Assembly: GCA_963762145.1 (NCBI GenBank)
Contig: CAVXJS010000010.1
Coordinates: 64,001-128,000 of the forward strand
Source: an uncultured Candidatus Rokubacteria bacterium
GTDB taxonomy: Bacteria > Methylomirabilota > Methylomirabilia > Rokubacteriales > CSP1-6
Reading direction: 5' to 3'
DNA length: 64,000 nucleotides
Made by a program: the position numbers and the translations under genes. The notes beneath the pieces are model-generated. The model did no database searches and was not told where the DNA came from. It was given only the letters and a program-made list of their open reading frames with translations. Position 1 is the stretch's first letter. Every line of letters begins with the position of its first letter. Shown in pieces: positions 20,960-29,259 of this stretch.

Positions 20960-21495
20960 GCAATCCCCGCTGTACCCTCTCCCCTCTGGGGAGAGGGCAG
21001 GGTGAGGGGGCGCCCGGTCGCGGCCACATCCAGCGCAGCCTGCACGATGTGCTGGTACCCGGTGCACCGGCAGAGATTGCCCGACAGCGCCTCGCGGACC
21101 TCCGTCTCCGACGGCGCGGGGTGGAGCTCGAGGTACGCGACCAGCGTCATCAGGATGCCCGGCGTGCAGAACCCGCACTGCAGCGCATGGCGGGTCCGGA
21201 ACGCCTCCTGCAGCGGGTGCAGACGCCCGTCGCCGTTCGCGAGGCCCTCGACGGTCTCCACGCGGCAGCCGTCGGCCTGCACCGCGAACATGAGGCAGGC
21301 CCGCGTGGGCTCGCCGTCCACCAGCACGGTGCACGCCCCGCAGGCGCCGTGCTCGCAGCCGAGGTGCGTGCCGGTGAGCCCCCACTCGTCGCGAAGCACG
21401 TCCGCCAGGAGCATGCGCGGAATCACGCGCGCCCGGCGCTCGGTGCCGTTCACGGTCACCGCGATGTCGTGCGCGACGGCGCCGGGTGTCGTCAC
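20956..21495 (-). CDS. Mo-hydroxylase 2Fe-2S subunit (CoxS-like)
   Basis: GCEHGACGACTV, QCGFCTPG, GNLCRCTGY. Confidence 0.92.
   Translation of the reverse strand: MTTPGAVAHDIAVTVNGTERRARVIPRMLLADVLRDEWGLTGTHLGCEHGACGACTVLVDGEPTRACLMFAVQADGCRVETVEGLANGDGRLHPLQEAFRTRHALQCGFCTPGILMTLVAYLELHPAPSETEVREALSGNLCRCTGYQHIVQAALDVAATGRPLTLPSPQRGEGTAGIA
20975..21010. repeat. REP-like palindromic element CCCTCTCCCC-TCT-GGGGAGAGGG-CAGGGTGAGGG
   Basis: 10-bp stem plus GGGTGAGGG tail, typical of this widespread bacterial repeat class; lies inside the CoxS 3' end. Confidence 0.75.
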
Positions 21496-22364
21496 GCCGC
21501 CTCCGCCCGCGCGGCCGCCTGGCCGAGCGCCCGCGCGGCCAGGCCCGCCGCGACGTGACGGCGGTACGCCGCGGTGGCGTGCAGATCGTCCCGCGCGTCG
21601 ATCTCGCCGGCGCCCGCGCGCCCCGCCTCGGCGAGCCGCGCCGGCGCCAGCCGCTCGCCGATCAGCGCCGCCCCGGCGCGCGCCAGGTGCGGCCGGTCGC
21701 CCGCGCCGAAGATCACGAGTTGCGCGGCCCGGCACACGCTGCCCGCGTCCAGCGCGAGCACGGCGCACGCGCCGACCAGCGCGAAGTCCCCGTGCCGCCG
21801 CGCCACCTCGGCGAAGCCGTGCCCGGTCCGCGGCGCCGCGGGCGCGGGCAGCTCGACCTCCGCGAGGAGCTCATCGGGCTCGAGCGCGGTCGTCAGCAGC
21901 CCGCGGAAGAAGTCGTCGGCGCGGCACGTCCGCGCCGCCCGCGCGCTCCGCAGGTGGAAGACCGCGTCCAGGGCGATCATGCAGGCCGGCAGCTCGGCGG
22001 CGGGATCGGCGTGCACCAGGCTGCCCCCGACGGTGCCGCGGGCCCGCGTCTGGAGATGCCCGATCAGCGGCGCCGCCTCCGCGAGGAGGGGCGCGGCGCG
22101 GGCCACTCGCCCGTCGCGCTCGAGGGCGTGCTGGCGCACCAGCGCGCCGAGGCGCAGCCCGCCCGCGTCCTCGCGGAGCGCCCCGAGCCCGGCCACGCGG
22201 TTCAGATCCACCACGACCGCGGGGCGCACCAGGCGCATGTTCATCATCGGCACCAGGCTCTGGCCGCCGGCCAGGAGCTTGGCTTCGTCTCCGTGGCGGG
22301 CGAGGAGGTCGAGGGCCTCCTCCACCGTCCGCGGCGCGACGTAGTCGAACGGAGCGGGCCGCAC
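21492..22364 (-). CDS. Mo-hydroxylase FAD subunit (CoxM-like)
   Basis: PFDYVAP, LAGGQSLVPMMNMR, RGTVGGSLVHADPAAE, RRHGDFA. Confidence 0.92.
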   Translation of the reverse strand: MRPAPFDYVAPRTVEEALDLLARHGDEAKLLAGGQSLVPMMNMRLVRPAVVVDLNRVAGLGALREDAGGLRLGALVRQHALERDGRVARAAPLLAEAAPLIGHLQTRARGTVGGSLVHADPAAELPACMIALDAVFHLRSARAARTCRADDFFRGLLTTALEPDELLAEVELPAPAAPRTGHGFAEVARRHGDFALVGACAVLALDAGSVCRAAQLVIFGAGDRPHLARAGAALIGERLAPARLAEAGRAGAGEIDARDDLHATAAYRRHVAAGLAARALGQAAARAEAA

Positions 22365-22373
22365 GCGCGCGGG

Positions 22374-23279
22374 CTAGACCTTCCCGAGCTTCGGGTGGTC
22401 GAACATCGGGAGGTTCACGCCCCAGGGCTGCATCCGGGCGCGGATCTTCTTGATGAACTGCGGCACGATGCGCATCTCGTCCTCGGGCGTGGTGCCGCCG
22501 AGGCCGGCCTCGCAGGCGACGCGGTCGGCGTCGATCTCGAGCGGTGTCGCGGTGCCGCCCTCGACGGCCAGCCAGAGGTTGCGGTAGCCGTTGAACTCCA
22601 CGTTCTGGATCATCTGCGTCACCGCGCGCTCGATGTTCTTCACGGTCTCCGGCGTGAAGCTCGGGGCCCACGCGTCCAGGCACTGCCAGCCGAAGGCGAT
22701 GTGCCGCACCTCGTCGCGCAGGATCAGCTCCATCAGCCGGCGCACCGCCGGGTTCGTGGCCTTGTGGACGGTGGCCTTGAAGGCGTCGATCAGGATCTCC
22801 TCGGCGGCGCAGACCAGGCTCGCGAAGATGCCCTCGAGCGAGGTATCCGGGTCGAAGGCCATCCGCCGCACTCCGTGCGTACCAACCGCACTGACGGTGG
22901 GCGGGTTCTGGGGCTGGGGGAAGTAGCCGCCGAGGCGCTCGGCCATGAGCCAGGACGCCTCGGCGTGGCGGCCTTCCTCCTGCGTGCGCATGGTGAAGAA
23001 GAAGCGCAGGTCCGGGAGACGGTTCTCGAGGCAGAAGCGCAGGAGCAGGGCCGGGCTCTCCGAGATGGCGCCGTACTCGCCCCAGGTCCGGCGGCTCCAG
23101 TGCAGGCGCGCGGCCATGATCTGCGCCTCGGGATAGCGCTCCGGATGCAGCTCTTCCCATGGAATATCCGTCTCCGGATCCCACTCGAGCGTCTTGGCCC
23201 GCTGCCACAGCTCCCAGACGTCGGGCATGGCGGAGGCGAGCTCGAGCGGATAGCGGGTCTCGGCGAGATAGGCGCTCAT
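22374..23279 (-). CDS. Ferritin-like diiron oxygenase (AurF/R2-like), ligands intact
   Basis: WDPETDIPW; GEY, EEGRH, AEE, DEVRH ligand pattern. Confidence 0.8.
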   Translation of the reverse strand: MSAYLAETRYPLELASAMPDVWELWQRAKTLEWDPETDIPWEELHPERYPEAQIMAARLHWSRRTWGEYGAISESPALLLRFCLENRLPDLRFFFTMRTQEEGRHAEASWLMAERLGGYFPQPQNPPTVSAVGTHGVRRMAFDPDTSLEGIFASLVCAAEEILIDAFKATVHKATNPAVRRLMELILRDEVRHIAFGWQCLDAWAPSFTPETVKNIERAVTQMIQNVEFNGYRNLWLAVEGGTATPLEIDADRVACEAGLGGTTPEDEMRIVPQFIKKIRARMQPWGVNLPMFDHPKLGKV

Positions 23280-23313
23280 GACGGGATCCTCCCCGGGGTG
23301 CGTGGACGGCGCG

Positions 23314-24255
23314 TCATGCGCGCCCGAGCTCCGGATGATCGATGTGAGGCAGCGTGACGTCCCAGCCGGCGAGCCGCTCGCGCACCTGGGCGAGCGTGGC
23401 GCGGACCACCGCCTTCTCCTGGGCGACGGTGGAGGCGCCGAGGCCGTGCTCGGCGGTGAGGGCCTCGGCGGCGAGCAGCGGCTCGCGGGCCTCCGCGGGC
23501 AGCAGCCACGTGTTCCGGTAGCCGGCGAGGATCACGCGCTCCAGCATATCGCGAACCGCCGCCCCCACGGCGGCACGGCCGGCCGGGTCGAGGCCGGGGA
23601 GCCGGTCACCGAGCAACGTCCACGCGAACAGCACGTGGCGCTGCTTGTCGCCGGCCACCAGCCTCAGGATCTGGCGCGCGGTCTCGTCCCGGCTGCGCTG
23701 CAGATGGCTCAGGCAGAGATCGAGGTCGAGCTGGTCGTCGAGGGCGCCGAGCGCGGCCACCACCGCCTCCACCGACACGTCGGGATCGAGCGCCATCTGG
23801 GCGAACGGCTGGTTGCTCGCCCGCGCGACGGCCGCCCCGGGCGTCGACTCGTAGCCCCCCAGCTGTTGCGCGAAGAGGTAGCACGCCTCGAGCTGCTTGG
23901 CCTCCTCGGCGGGACGGAAGGAGAGGAAGAGCTTGGCGTCCATGCCGGCCGCGCCGGACTCCAGGCAGAACCGGATCAGCAGCGCGGTGTTCTCGCCCAG
24001 CCCCGGGTACGTGCCCCAGGCCCGGCGGCTCCACACCAGGCGCGCGGCCTCCAGCACCGCCGGCGGGTACGCCCTGGCGTCGAAGCGGCTCCACGCGATG
24101 TCGGTCTCCGGGTTCCAGCGGAACCGCTTGGCCTGGCGGTACAGCTCGCGCAGCGTCGGGTTCTCCGACGCAAAGCGCAGCGGGAAGCGCCGCTCCACGA
24201 AGCGCTTCTCCTGCGCCTGATACCCCCGCAGCAGCCGATCGCTCGTCTCCGACAT
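23314..24255 (-). CDS. Ferritin-like paralogue with degenerate metal ligands
   Basis: Colinear with 22374-23279 (WNPETDIAW, WSRRAWG, RFCLE, GYRNTWL, DHPELG) but GTY, EEAKQ, DKQRH. Confidence 0.78.
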   Translation of the reverse strand: MSETSDRLLRGYQAQEKRFVERRFPLRFASENPTLRELYRQAKRFRWNPETDIAWSRFDARAYPPAVLEAARLVWSRRAWGTYPGLGENTALLIRFCLESGAAGMDAKLFLSFRPAEEAKQLEACYLFAQQLGGYESTPGAAVARASNQPFAQMALDPDVSVEAVVAALGALDDQLDLDLCLSHLQRSRDETARQILRLVAGDKQRHVLFAWTLLGDRLPGLDPAGRAAVGAAVRDMLERVILAGYRNTWLLPAEAREPLLAAEALTAEHGLGASTVAQEKAVVRATLAQVRERLAGWDVTLPHIDHPELGRA

Positions 24256-24269
24256 GCCGTCGAGCCTTT

Positions 24270-24986
24270 CTATCCGCCAAGGTAGGCGGCCTTGAGCTGA
24301 TCGTTCGCGAGCAGGTCCGCGGAGGCGCCCGAGAGCGCCACGCGGCCCACCTCGAGCACGTAGGCGCGGTCCGCGAACCGCAGCGCCAGGCGCGCGTTCT
24401 GCTCCACGAGCAGGATCGTGGTGCCCGTCTCCCGGAGCCGCGCGAGCAGCTTCATGATCTCCTGCACGACCAGCGGCGCCAGCCCCAGGGACGGCTCGTC
24501 GCACAGGAGCAGGCGAGGCCGGCTCATGAGGGCGCGCCCGATCGCGAGCATCTGCTGCTCGCCGCCCGACAGCGTGCCCGCGAGCTGGCCGCTCCGCTGG
24601 CGCAGCACCGGGAAGAGAGTATACGCGGTGTCCAGGCTGGCCTCGAGGGCGCGCCGGAACTCGCGGCCCCGGGGCAGCGCGTAGCCGCCCAGCTCCAGGT
24701 TGTCCCGCACCGTGAGATCGCCGAAGATCCGCCGCCGCTCCGGGACCAGCGCGGCTCCGGCCCGGAGGATCGTCTCGGGGGCCCGGCCGGTCACGTCCTG
24801 CCCGTCGAGCGTGACCCGGCCCGCCGACGGCTCGAGCAGCCCGGCGACCGCCCGCAGCAGCGTGGACTTGCCCGCGCCGTTGGCGCCGATCAGCGCCACC
24901 AGCTCGCCCGCGCGGACCTCGAGGGAGACGTCTCGCAGCGCGTGCACCGGGCCGTAGCGCGCGGAGAGCCCGCTCACCTCAAGCAA
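24270..24986 (-). CDS. ABC transporter ATPase (LivF-like)
   Basis: GANGAGKST, LSGGEQQML, DEPSLGLAP, LVEQN. Confidence 0.92.
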   Translation of the reverse strand: MLEVSGLSARYGPVHALRDVSLEVRAGELVALIGANGAGKSTLLRAVAGLLEPSAGRVTLDGQDVTGRAPETILRAGAALVPERRRIFGDLTVRDNLELGGYALPRGREFRRALEASLDTAYTLFPVLRQRSGQLAGTLSGGEQQMLAIGRALMSRPRLLLCDEPSLGLAPLVVQEIMKLLARLRETGTTILLVEQNARLALRFADRAYVLEVGRVALSGASADLLANDQLKAAYLGG

Positions 24987-26793
24987 CGGCGGCCACGTCC
25001 TCGCCGAGATAGACGCGGATCACCGCCGGATCGCGCTGCACCTCGGCGGGCGCGCCTTCGGCGATCTTCTCGCCGTGGTCCAGCACCACCACCTGGTCCG
25101 AGACGCCCATCACCAGGCGCATGTCGTGCTCGATGAGCAGCACCGAGATCCCGCCGTCCCGCACCCGCGCGATCAGCCGCATCATCTCGACCTTCTCGGG
25201 GGTGTTGAGCCCCGCGGCGGGCTCGTCGAGGAGGAGCAGCGTCGGCTCGGCGGCGAGCGCGCGCGCCAGCTCCACGAGCTTCTGCTGACCGAAGGCGAGG
25301 CCGGCGGCGGGCACCCGCGCGAGCGCCTCGAGGCCCACGGTGGCCAGCGCCCGCTCGGCGCGCGCGACGTGGGCGCGGGACTGCCGGCGCGGGCCGGGCA
25401 GGGCGAGGGCCGCGCCGAGGAAGCCGCCGGGATCGTCGCGCTCGCAGCCGATCATCACGTTCTCGAGCACGGCCAGGCCCGGGAAGAGCTGGATGTTCTG
25501 GAACGTGCGCGAGAGCCCGAGCCGAGCCAGGCGATGGGCGGGCAGGCCGGTCAGCGACCGGCCGCGCAGCCGCACCTGGCCGGCCGTCGGCGCGTAGAAG
25601 CCGCTGATCACGTTGAAGAGCGTGGTCTTGCCCGCGCCGTTGGGGCCGATGACCGCCTTGATCTCGCCCTCGGCCACGTCGAAGGAGCACTCGCGCACGG
25701 CGCGCACGCCGCCGAACTGCTTGGTGACGCCGCGGACTTCGAGGAGCGGTGCCGCACCGGTGCGCGGCGCGGGGAGGGGAGCCGACCGGGCGGGCTCGGA
25801 TCCGGCGGCGGCGCCGGCGGCCCGCTCGGCGACGGGCACCGTCGCGGCTGTCGCGCCGCGCACGAACAGGCCGGCGATGCCGCGCGGGAGGAACAGCATC
25901 ACGACGATGAGCACGAGGCCGTAGAGCGGCACCTCCCAGTCGCCGAAGCGGCGCAGCGCCTCCGGCAGGACGGTGAGGAGGACCGCGCCCACCACCGCGC
26001 CCCAGTAGAGGCCGATCCCGCCGATGGCCACCATCAGCACCAGCACGACCGAGAAGAGGAAGGAGTAGATCTCGGGGCTGATCACCGTGATGTAGTGCGC
26101 GTAGAGGCTCCCGGCCACCGAGGCGTACATCGCGGACAGGACGAAGACTCGCCGCTTCTCCGCCGCGGTGTCGATTCCCATCGCCTCCGCCGCGGCCTCG
26201 CTCTCGCCGAGCGCGCGCAGCACCCGCCCCACGCGCGAGTTGACGAGGTTACGGGCCATCCAGAGGGCCAGGCCCGCCACGGCCCACACCAGCCAGTAGT
26301 GATGCGTGGCGGTGACGAAGCGCAGCGGCCCGACGTCCCAGGGCAGGATGCCCGCGAGCCCGGACGACCCCCCGGTGATCCCGTGGAGCTGCGTGAAGGC
26401 CAGCTGGAGCACGAGGCCGATGCCGAGCGTGGCCATGCCGAGGTAGTAGGACTTGAGCCGCAGCGTCGGGATGCCGACGAGATAAGCGAGCGCGCCGGTG
26501 GCCACCGCCGCGATCGGCGCGCCCAGCCAGGGCGACAGCCCGTAGCGCACCGAGAGCACCGCCGAGACGTAGGCGCCGAGGCCGTAGAAGCCGGCGTGGC
26601 CGAGGGAGACCTGGCCCGCATAGCCCATCACCAGGTTGAGCCCGACCGCGAGGATGACGTAGAGGCCGGCCAGCACCGCCACGTGGACGAGGTACTGGTT
26701 GGGCAGTAGCCACGGCACCACGGCCACCATCGCCAGGAAGGCCAGGAGCGCCCGGCCGGAGACCCGGCCGGGCAGCCGCGCCACCTCGTCCAC
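24979..26793 (-). CDS. Fused LivM-like permease plus LivG-like ATPase
   Basis: GYAGQVSLGHAGF permease; GPNGAGKTT, LLLDEPAAG, IEHDM ATPase. Confidence 0.9.
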   Translation of the reverse strand: MDEVARLPGRVSGRALLAFLAMVAVVPWLLPNQYLVHVAVLAGLYVILAVGLNLVMGYAGQVSLGHAGFYGLGAYVSAVLSVRYGLSPWLGAPIAAVATGALAYLVGIPTLRLKSYYLGMATLGIGLVLQLAFTQLHGITGGSSGLAGILPWDVGPLRFVTATHHYWLVWAVAGLALWMARNLVNSRVGRVLRALGESEAAAEAMGIDTAAEKRRVFVLSAMYASVAGSLYAHYITVISPEIYSFLFSVVLVLMVAIGGIGLYWGAVVGAVLLTVLPEALRRFGDWEVPLYGLVLIVVMLFLPRGIAGLFVRGATAATVPVAERAAGAAAGSEPARSAPLPAPRTGAAPLLEVRGVTKQFGGVRAVRECSFDVAEGEIKAVIGPNGAGKTTLFNVISGFYAPTAGQVRLRGRSLTGLPAHRLARLGLSRTFQNIQLFPGLAVLENVMIGCERDDPGGFLGAALALPGPRRQSRAHVARAERALATVGLEALARVPAAGLAFGQQKLVELARALAAEPTLLLLDEPAAGLNTPEKVEMMRLIARVRDGGISVLLIEHDMRLVMGVSDQVVVLDHGEKIAEGAPAEVQRDPAVIRVYLGEDVAAVA

Positions 26794-26799
26794 GGTCGG

Positions 26800-27969
26800 C
26801 TAGAGATCCACCAGACGGAACTTGCCCTGGCGCCACTCGATCATCACGACATCGCTCTTGGCGAGGCCCCAGTGCTTCTGCGGCGTGAAGGTGAAGACGC
26901 CGCCCACGCCCTTGTACTCGCGGACGTGCTCCTCCAGCCCGGCGCGGATCTTCCCGCGCTCGCTGCTGCCCGCGCGGGTGATGGCCTGGGCCACCATGCC
27001 CACTCCGTCCCACGCCTGGCCGCCGTAGACGTCGGTCTCCTCGTTGTAGCGGGCGCGGTAACGGGTCTTGTAGTCGAGGATGGTGGCCTTGATGGGATCG
27101 GTGTCGGGCAGCTGCTCGGCGATCGGGAACTTGAGCGACGTGAGCAGCAGGCCCTCGGCGGCGTCGCCCGCCAGGGTCATGTAGCGGTCGGCCACGAAGC
27201 CGAAGCCGTGCACCAGCATCTGCTTGAGCCCGAGCTGCTGGGCGTTCTTGAGGAACACCACGCCCGCCGGCGTCACCGTCCAGCAGATGATGGCCTTGGC
27301 GTTGCTGCCCCGGATGCGGGTCAGCTGGGTCGTGAGGTCGTTGTCGCCGGGGCCGAACTCCTCGTAGACCACGTTGAGCCCGGCGGCCGGGGCCTGCGCC
27401 CGGAGCTGATCCCGCGCGCTGGCGCCGAACGCCCCGGTGTCGCTCAGCATGGCCACGTCCGTGATGCCGCGCTTCTTGAAGAAGTCGATCAGGCGCGCGA
27501 TGACCTCCACGTCATTCACGGTGGACTTGAAGACCCACGCGCGGTCCTTCACCGGCTCCACCAGCGCGGTGGCGCCGGAGACGCTCATCAGCGGCACCTC
27601 GGCCCGCTGCACGCTCGGCACCAGGGCCAGCCCGATGTCGCTGCGATTGCCGTCGCCGACGATGGCCTCGACCCCGTCCTGCTCGATCAGCCGCTTGGCC
27701 GCGAGGACGGCCTTGGTGGACTCGCTGCCCGCGTCGTAGAGCGTGAGGTCGATGCGCCGGCCGCCGAGCCCGCCCTTCTTGTTGGTCTCCTCCACGAAGA
27801 GCTCGACGGAGCGCTTCATGCGGTCGCCCAGGAAGGCGGCGGGGCCGGTGTAGGAGAAGATGCTGCCGAGCTTGATCGGGGCGCCCTGCGCCCAGCTCGA
27901 GCCGGGGGCAAGAAGGCCGGCGGCCATCGCGCCGCCCAGGGTCGTGGTGAACTGTCGTCGTGTGAGCAT
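26800..27969 (-). CDS. Tat-exported ABC substrate-binding protein (LivK/Peripla_BP_6 family)
   Basis: MLTRRQF twin-arginine signal; IKLGSIFSYTGPAAFLG. Confidence 0.88.
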   Translation of the reverse strand: MLTRRQFTTTLGGAMAAGLLAPGSSWAQGAPIKLGSIFSYTGPAAFLGDRMKRSVELFVEETNKKGGLGGRRIDLTLYDAGSESTKAVLAAKRLIEQDGVEAIVGDGNRSDIGLALVPSVQRAEVPLMSVSGATALVEPVKDRAWVFKSTVNDVEVIARLIDFFKKRGITDVAMLSDTGAFGASARDQLRAQAPAAGLNVVYEEFGPGDNDLTTQLTRIRGSNAKAIICWTVTPAGVVFLKNAQQLGLKQMLVHGFGFVADRYMTLAGDAAEGLLLTSLKFPIAEQLPDTDPIKATILDYKTRYRARYNEETDVYGGQAWDGVGMVAQAITRAGSSERGKIRAGLEEHVREYKGVGGVFTFTPQKHWGLAKSDVVMIEWRQGKFRLVDL

Positions 27970-28019
27970 GAAATCTCCGTGCCGCGCCCGGGTGCCGGCG
28001 CGCCGATCGAGGTGAGCGC

Positions 28020-28898
28020 TCATACCCGTTCGCTCTCGCCGCGCGCGAACAGCCCCCGCGGGCGGAGGAACAGCAGGAGCAGAAGAAGGACGAAGGCCGC
28101 CACGTCCTTGAACTCCGAGCCGATGAGGCCGCCGCCGAACGCCTCGAGCAGCCCGAGGACGAGGCCGCCCGCGATGCCGCCGAAGGTGTTGCCGAGCCCG
28201 CCGGTCACCGCCGCCGCGAAGCCCTTGAGGCCCAGCATGGTGCCCGCGTCGTAGATCGTGAGCGTCACCGGCGTCACGATGAGCCCGCCGATCGCGCCGA
28301 CCGCGGCCGCGAGGGCGAAGGACAGCATCACGATGCGCCCCACGTCGATGCCCATGAGCCGGGCCGCCTCCCGGTCGCTGGCCACCGCGCGCATCGCCCG
28401 GCCGAGCAGCGTGCGATCGAAGAACACGTGGAGCGCGACCACGATGGCGGCCGCGACCCCGAGGATCCAGAGGGCCTGCGGCACGAAGGTCGCGCCGAGG
28501 ATCTGGAAGGGCCGCTCGCCCGTGAAGGCGGGCAGCCCCGCCGCGTTCTTGCCGAGCGAGACCATGACCCCGCCCTTGATCAGGATGGACGCCCCGATGG
28601 TCACGATGATGAGGTTGAGCACGTCGGCGCGCACCGGGCGGATGATGAGCCGCTCCATGACGACGCCCACCGCGGTCACCGCGACGACGGTGACCACGAA
28701 GACCACCGTCAGCGGCAGGCCCGTCTGGGCGAGGATCGACGCGCCGAGCATTCCGCCCAGCATCGAGAACTCGCCCTGGGCGAAGTTCACCGCGCCGGTG
28801 GCGTTGAAGACGATGTTGAGGCCGAGCGCGACCAGGGCGTAGATGGCGCCGACCATGAGGCCGGAGAACAGGAACTGCAACAGGCTCGCGGTGTTCAC
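28020..28898 (-). CDS. ABC permease (LivH-like)
   Basis: GAIYALVALG, VNFAQGE, GRAMRA, KGFAAAVTGG, RPRGLF; start chosen from the upstream promoter position. Confidence 0.9.
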   Translation of the reverse strand: MNTASLLQFLFSGLMVGAIYALVALGLNIVFNATGAVNFAQGEFSMLGGMLGASILAQTGLPLTVVFVVTVVAVTAVGVVMERLIIRPVRADVLNLIIVTIGASILIKGGVMVSLGKNAAGLPAFTGERPFQILGATFVPQALWILGVAAAIVVALHVFFDRTLLGRAMRAVASDREAARLMGIDVGRIVMLSFALAAAVGAIGGLIVTPVTLTIYDAGTMLGLKGFAAAVTGGLGNTFGGIAGGLVLGLLEAFGGGLIGSEFKDVAAFVLLLLLLFLRPRGLFARGESERV

Positions 28899-28913
28899 GG
28901 AAGGGGTGCGGCG

Positions 28914-28984
28914 AGGGTAAGCTTGCGGTGCCGCCTTGTCAACGGCGGGGCTCGTTGACAATCCTCGGCGGGGTCCGATACTAA
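28914..28984. promoter_or_regulatory. Back-to-back sigma70 promoters forming inverted repeat TTGTCAACG-N8-CGTTGACAA
   Basis: Minus strand TTGACA-N17-TACCCT toward the livH-like gene; plus strand TTGACA at 28955 toward DUF4242. Confidence 0.6.
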
Positions 28985-29007
28985 TCGATGAACAAGGAGG
29001 CTACGCC

Positions 29008-29259
29008 ATGCCGCTCTATCTCGACGTGCACAACAAGATCAACGGCCTGACCACCGAAGGGATCGAGGACGCCCACCGCAAGGACCTCGAGTGCCAGCAC
29101 AAGCACGGGGTCAACTACCTGAAGTACTGGTTCGACGAGGGCACCGGCAAGGTCTTCTGCCTGGTGCAGGCCCCCAGCAAGGAGGCCGCGGAGGCCGTCC
29201 ACCGGGAGGCGCACGGCGCCATCGCCGACGAGATCATCGAGGTGAAGGAAGGCAGCTAG
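29008..29259 (+). CDS. DUF4242/SCO4226-like metal-binding protein
   Basis: MPLYLDVH...AHRKDL...YWFDE..GKVFCL..AP..EA...VHREAHG; AGGAGG RBS. Confidence 0.88.
   Translation: MPLYLDVHNKINGLTTEGIEDAHRKDLECQHKHGVNYLKYWFDEGTGKVFCLVQAPSKEAAEAVHREAHGAIADEIIEVKEGS

Noticed and set aside
18644-22364. Aerobic CO dehydrogenase (form I)
   Set aside because: The active-site loop is PYRGAGQ, not AYRCSFR, and no coxDEFG accessory genes are present
16823-22453. 1876-aa plus-strand ORF and other long antisense ORFs
   Set aside because: Shadow frames of high-GC minus-strand genes; no recognisable motifs
24979-26793. Permease-ATPase fusion as a novelty
   Set aside because: LivM-LivG fusions are common
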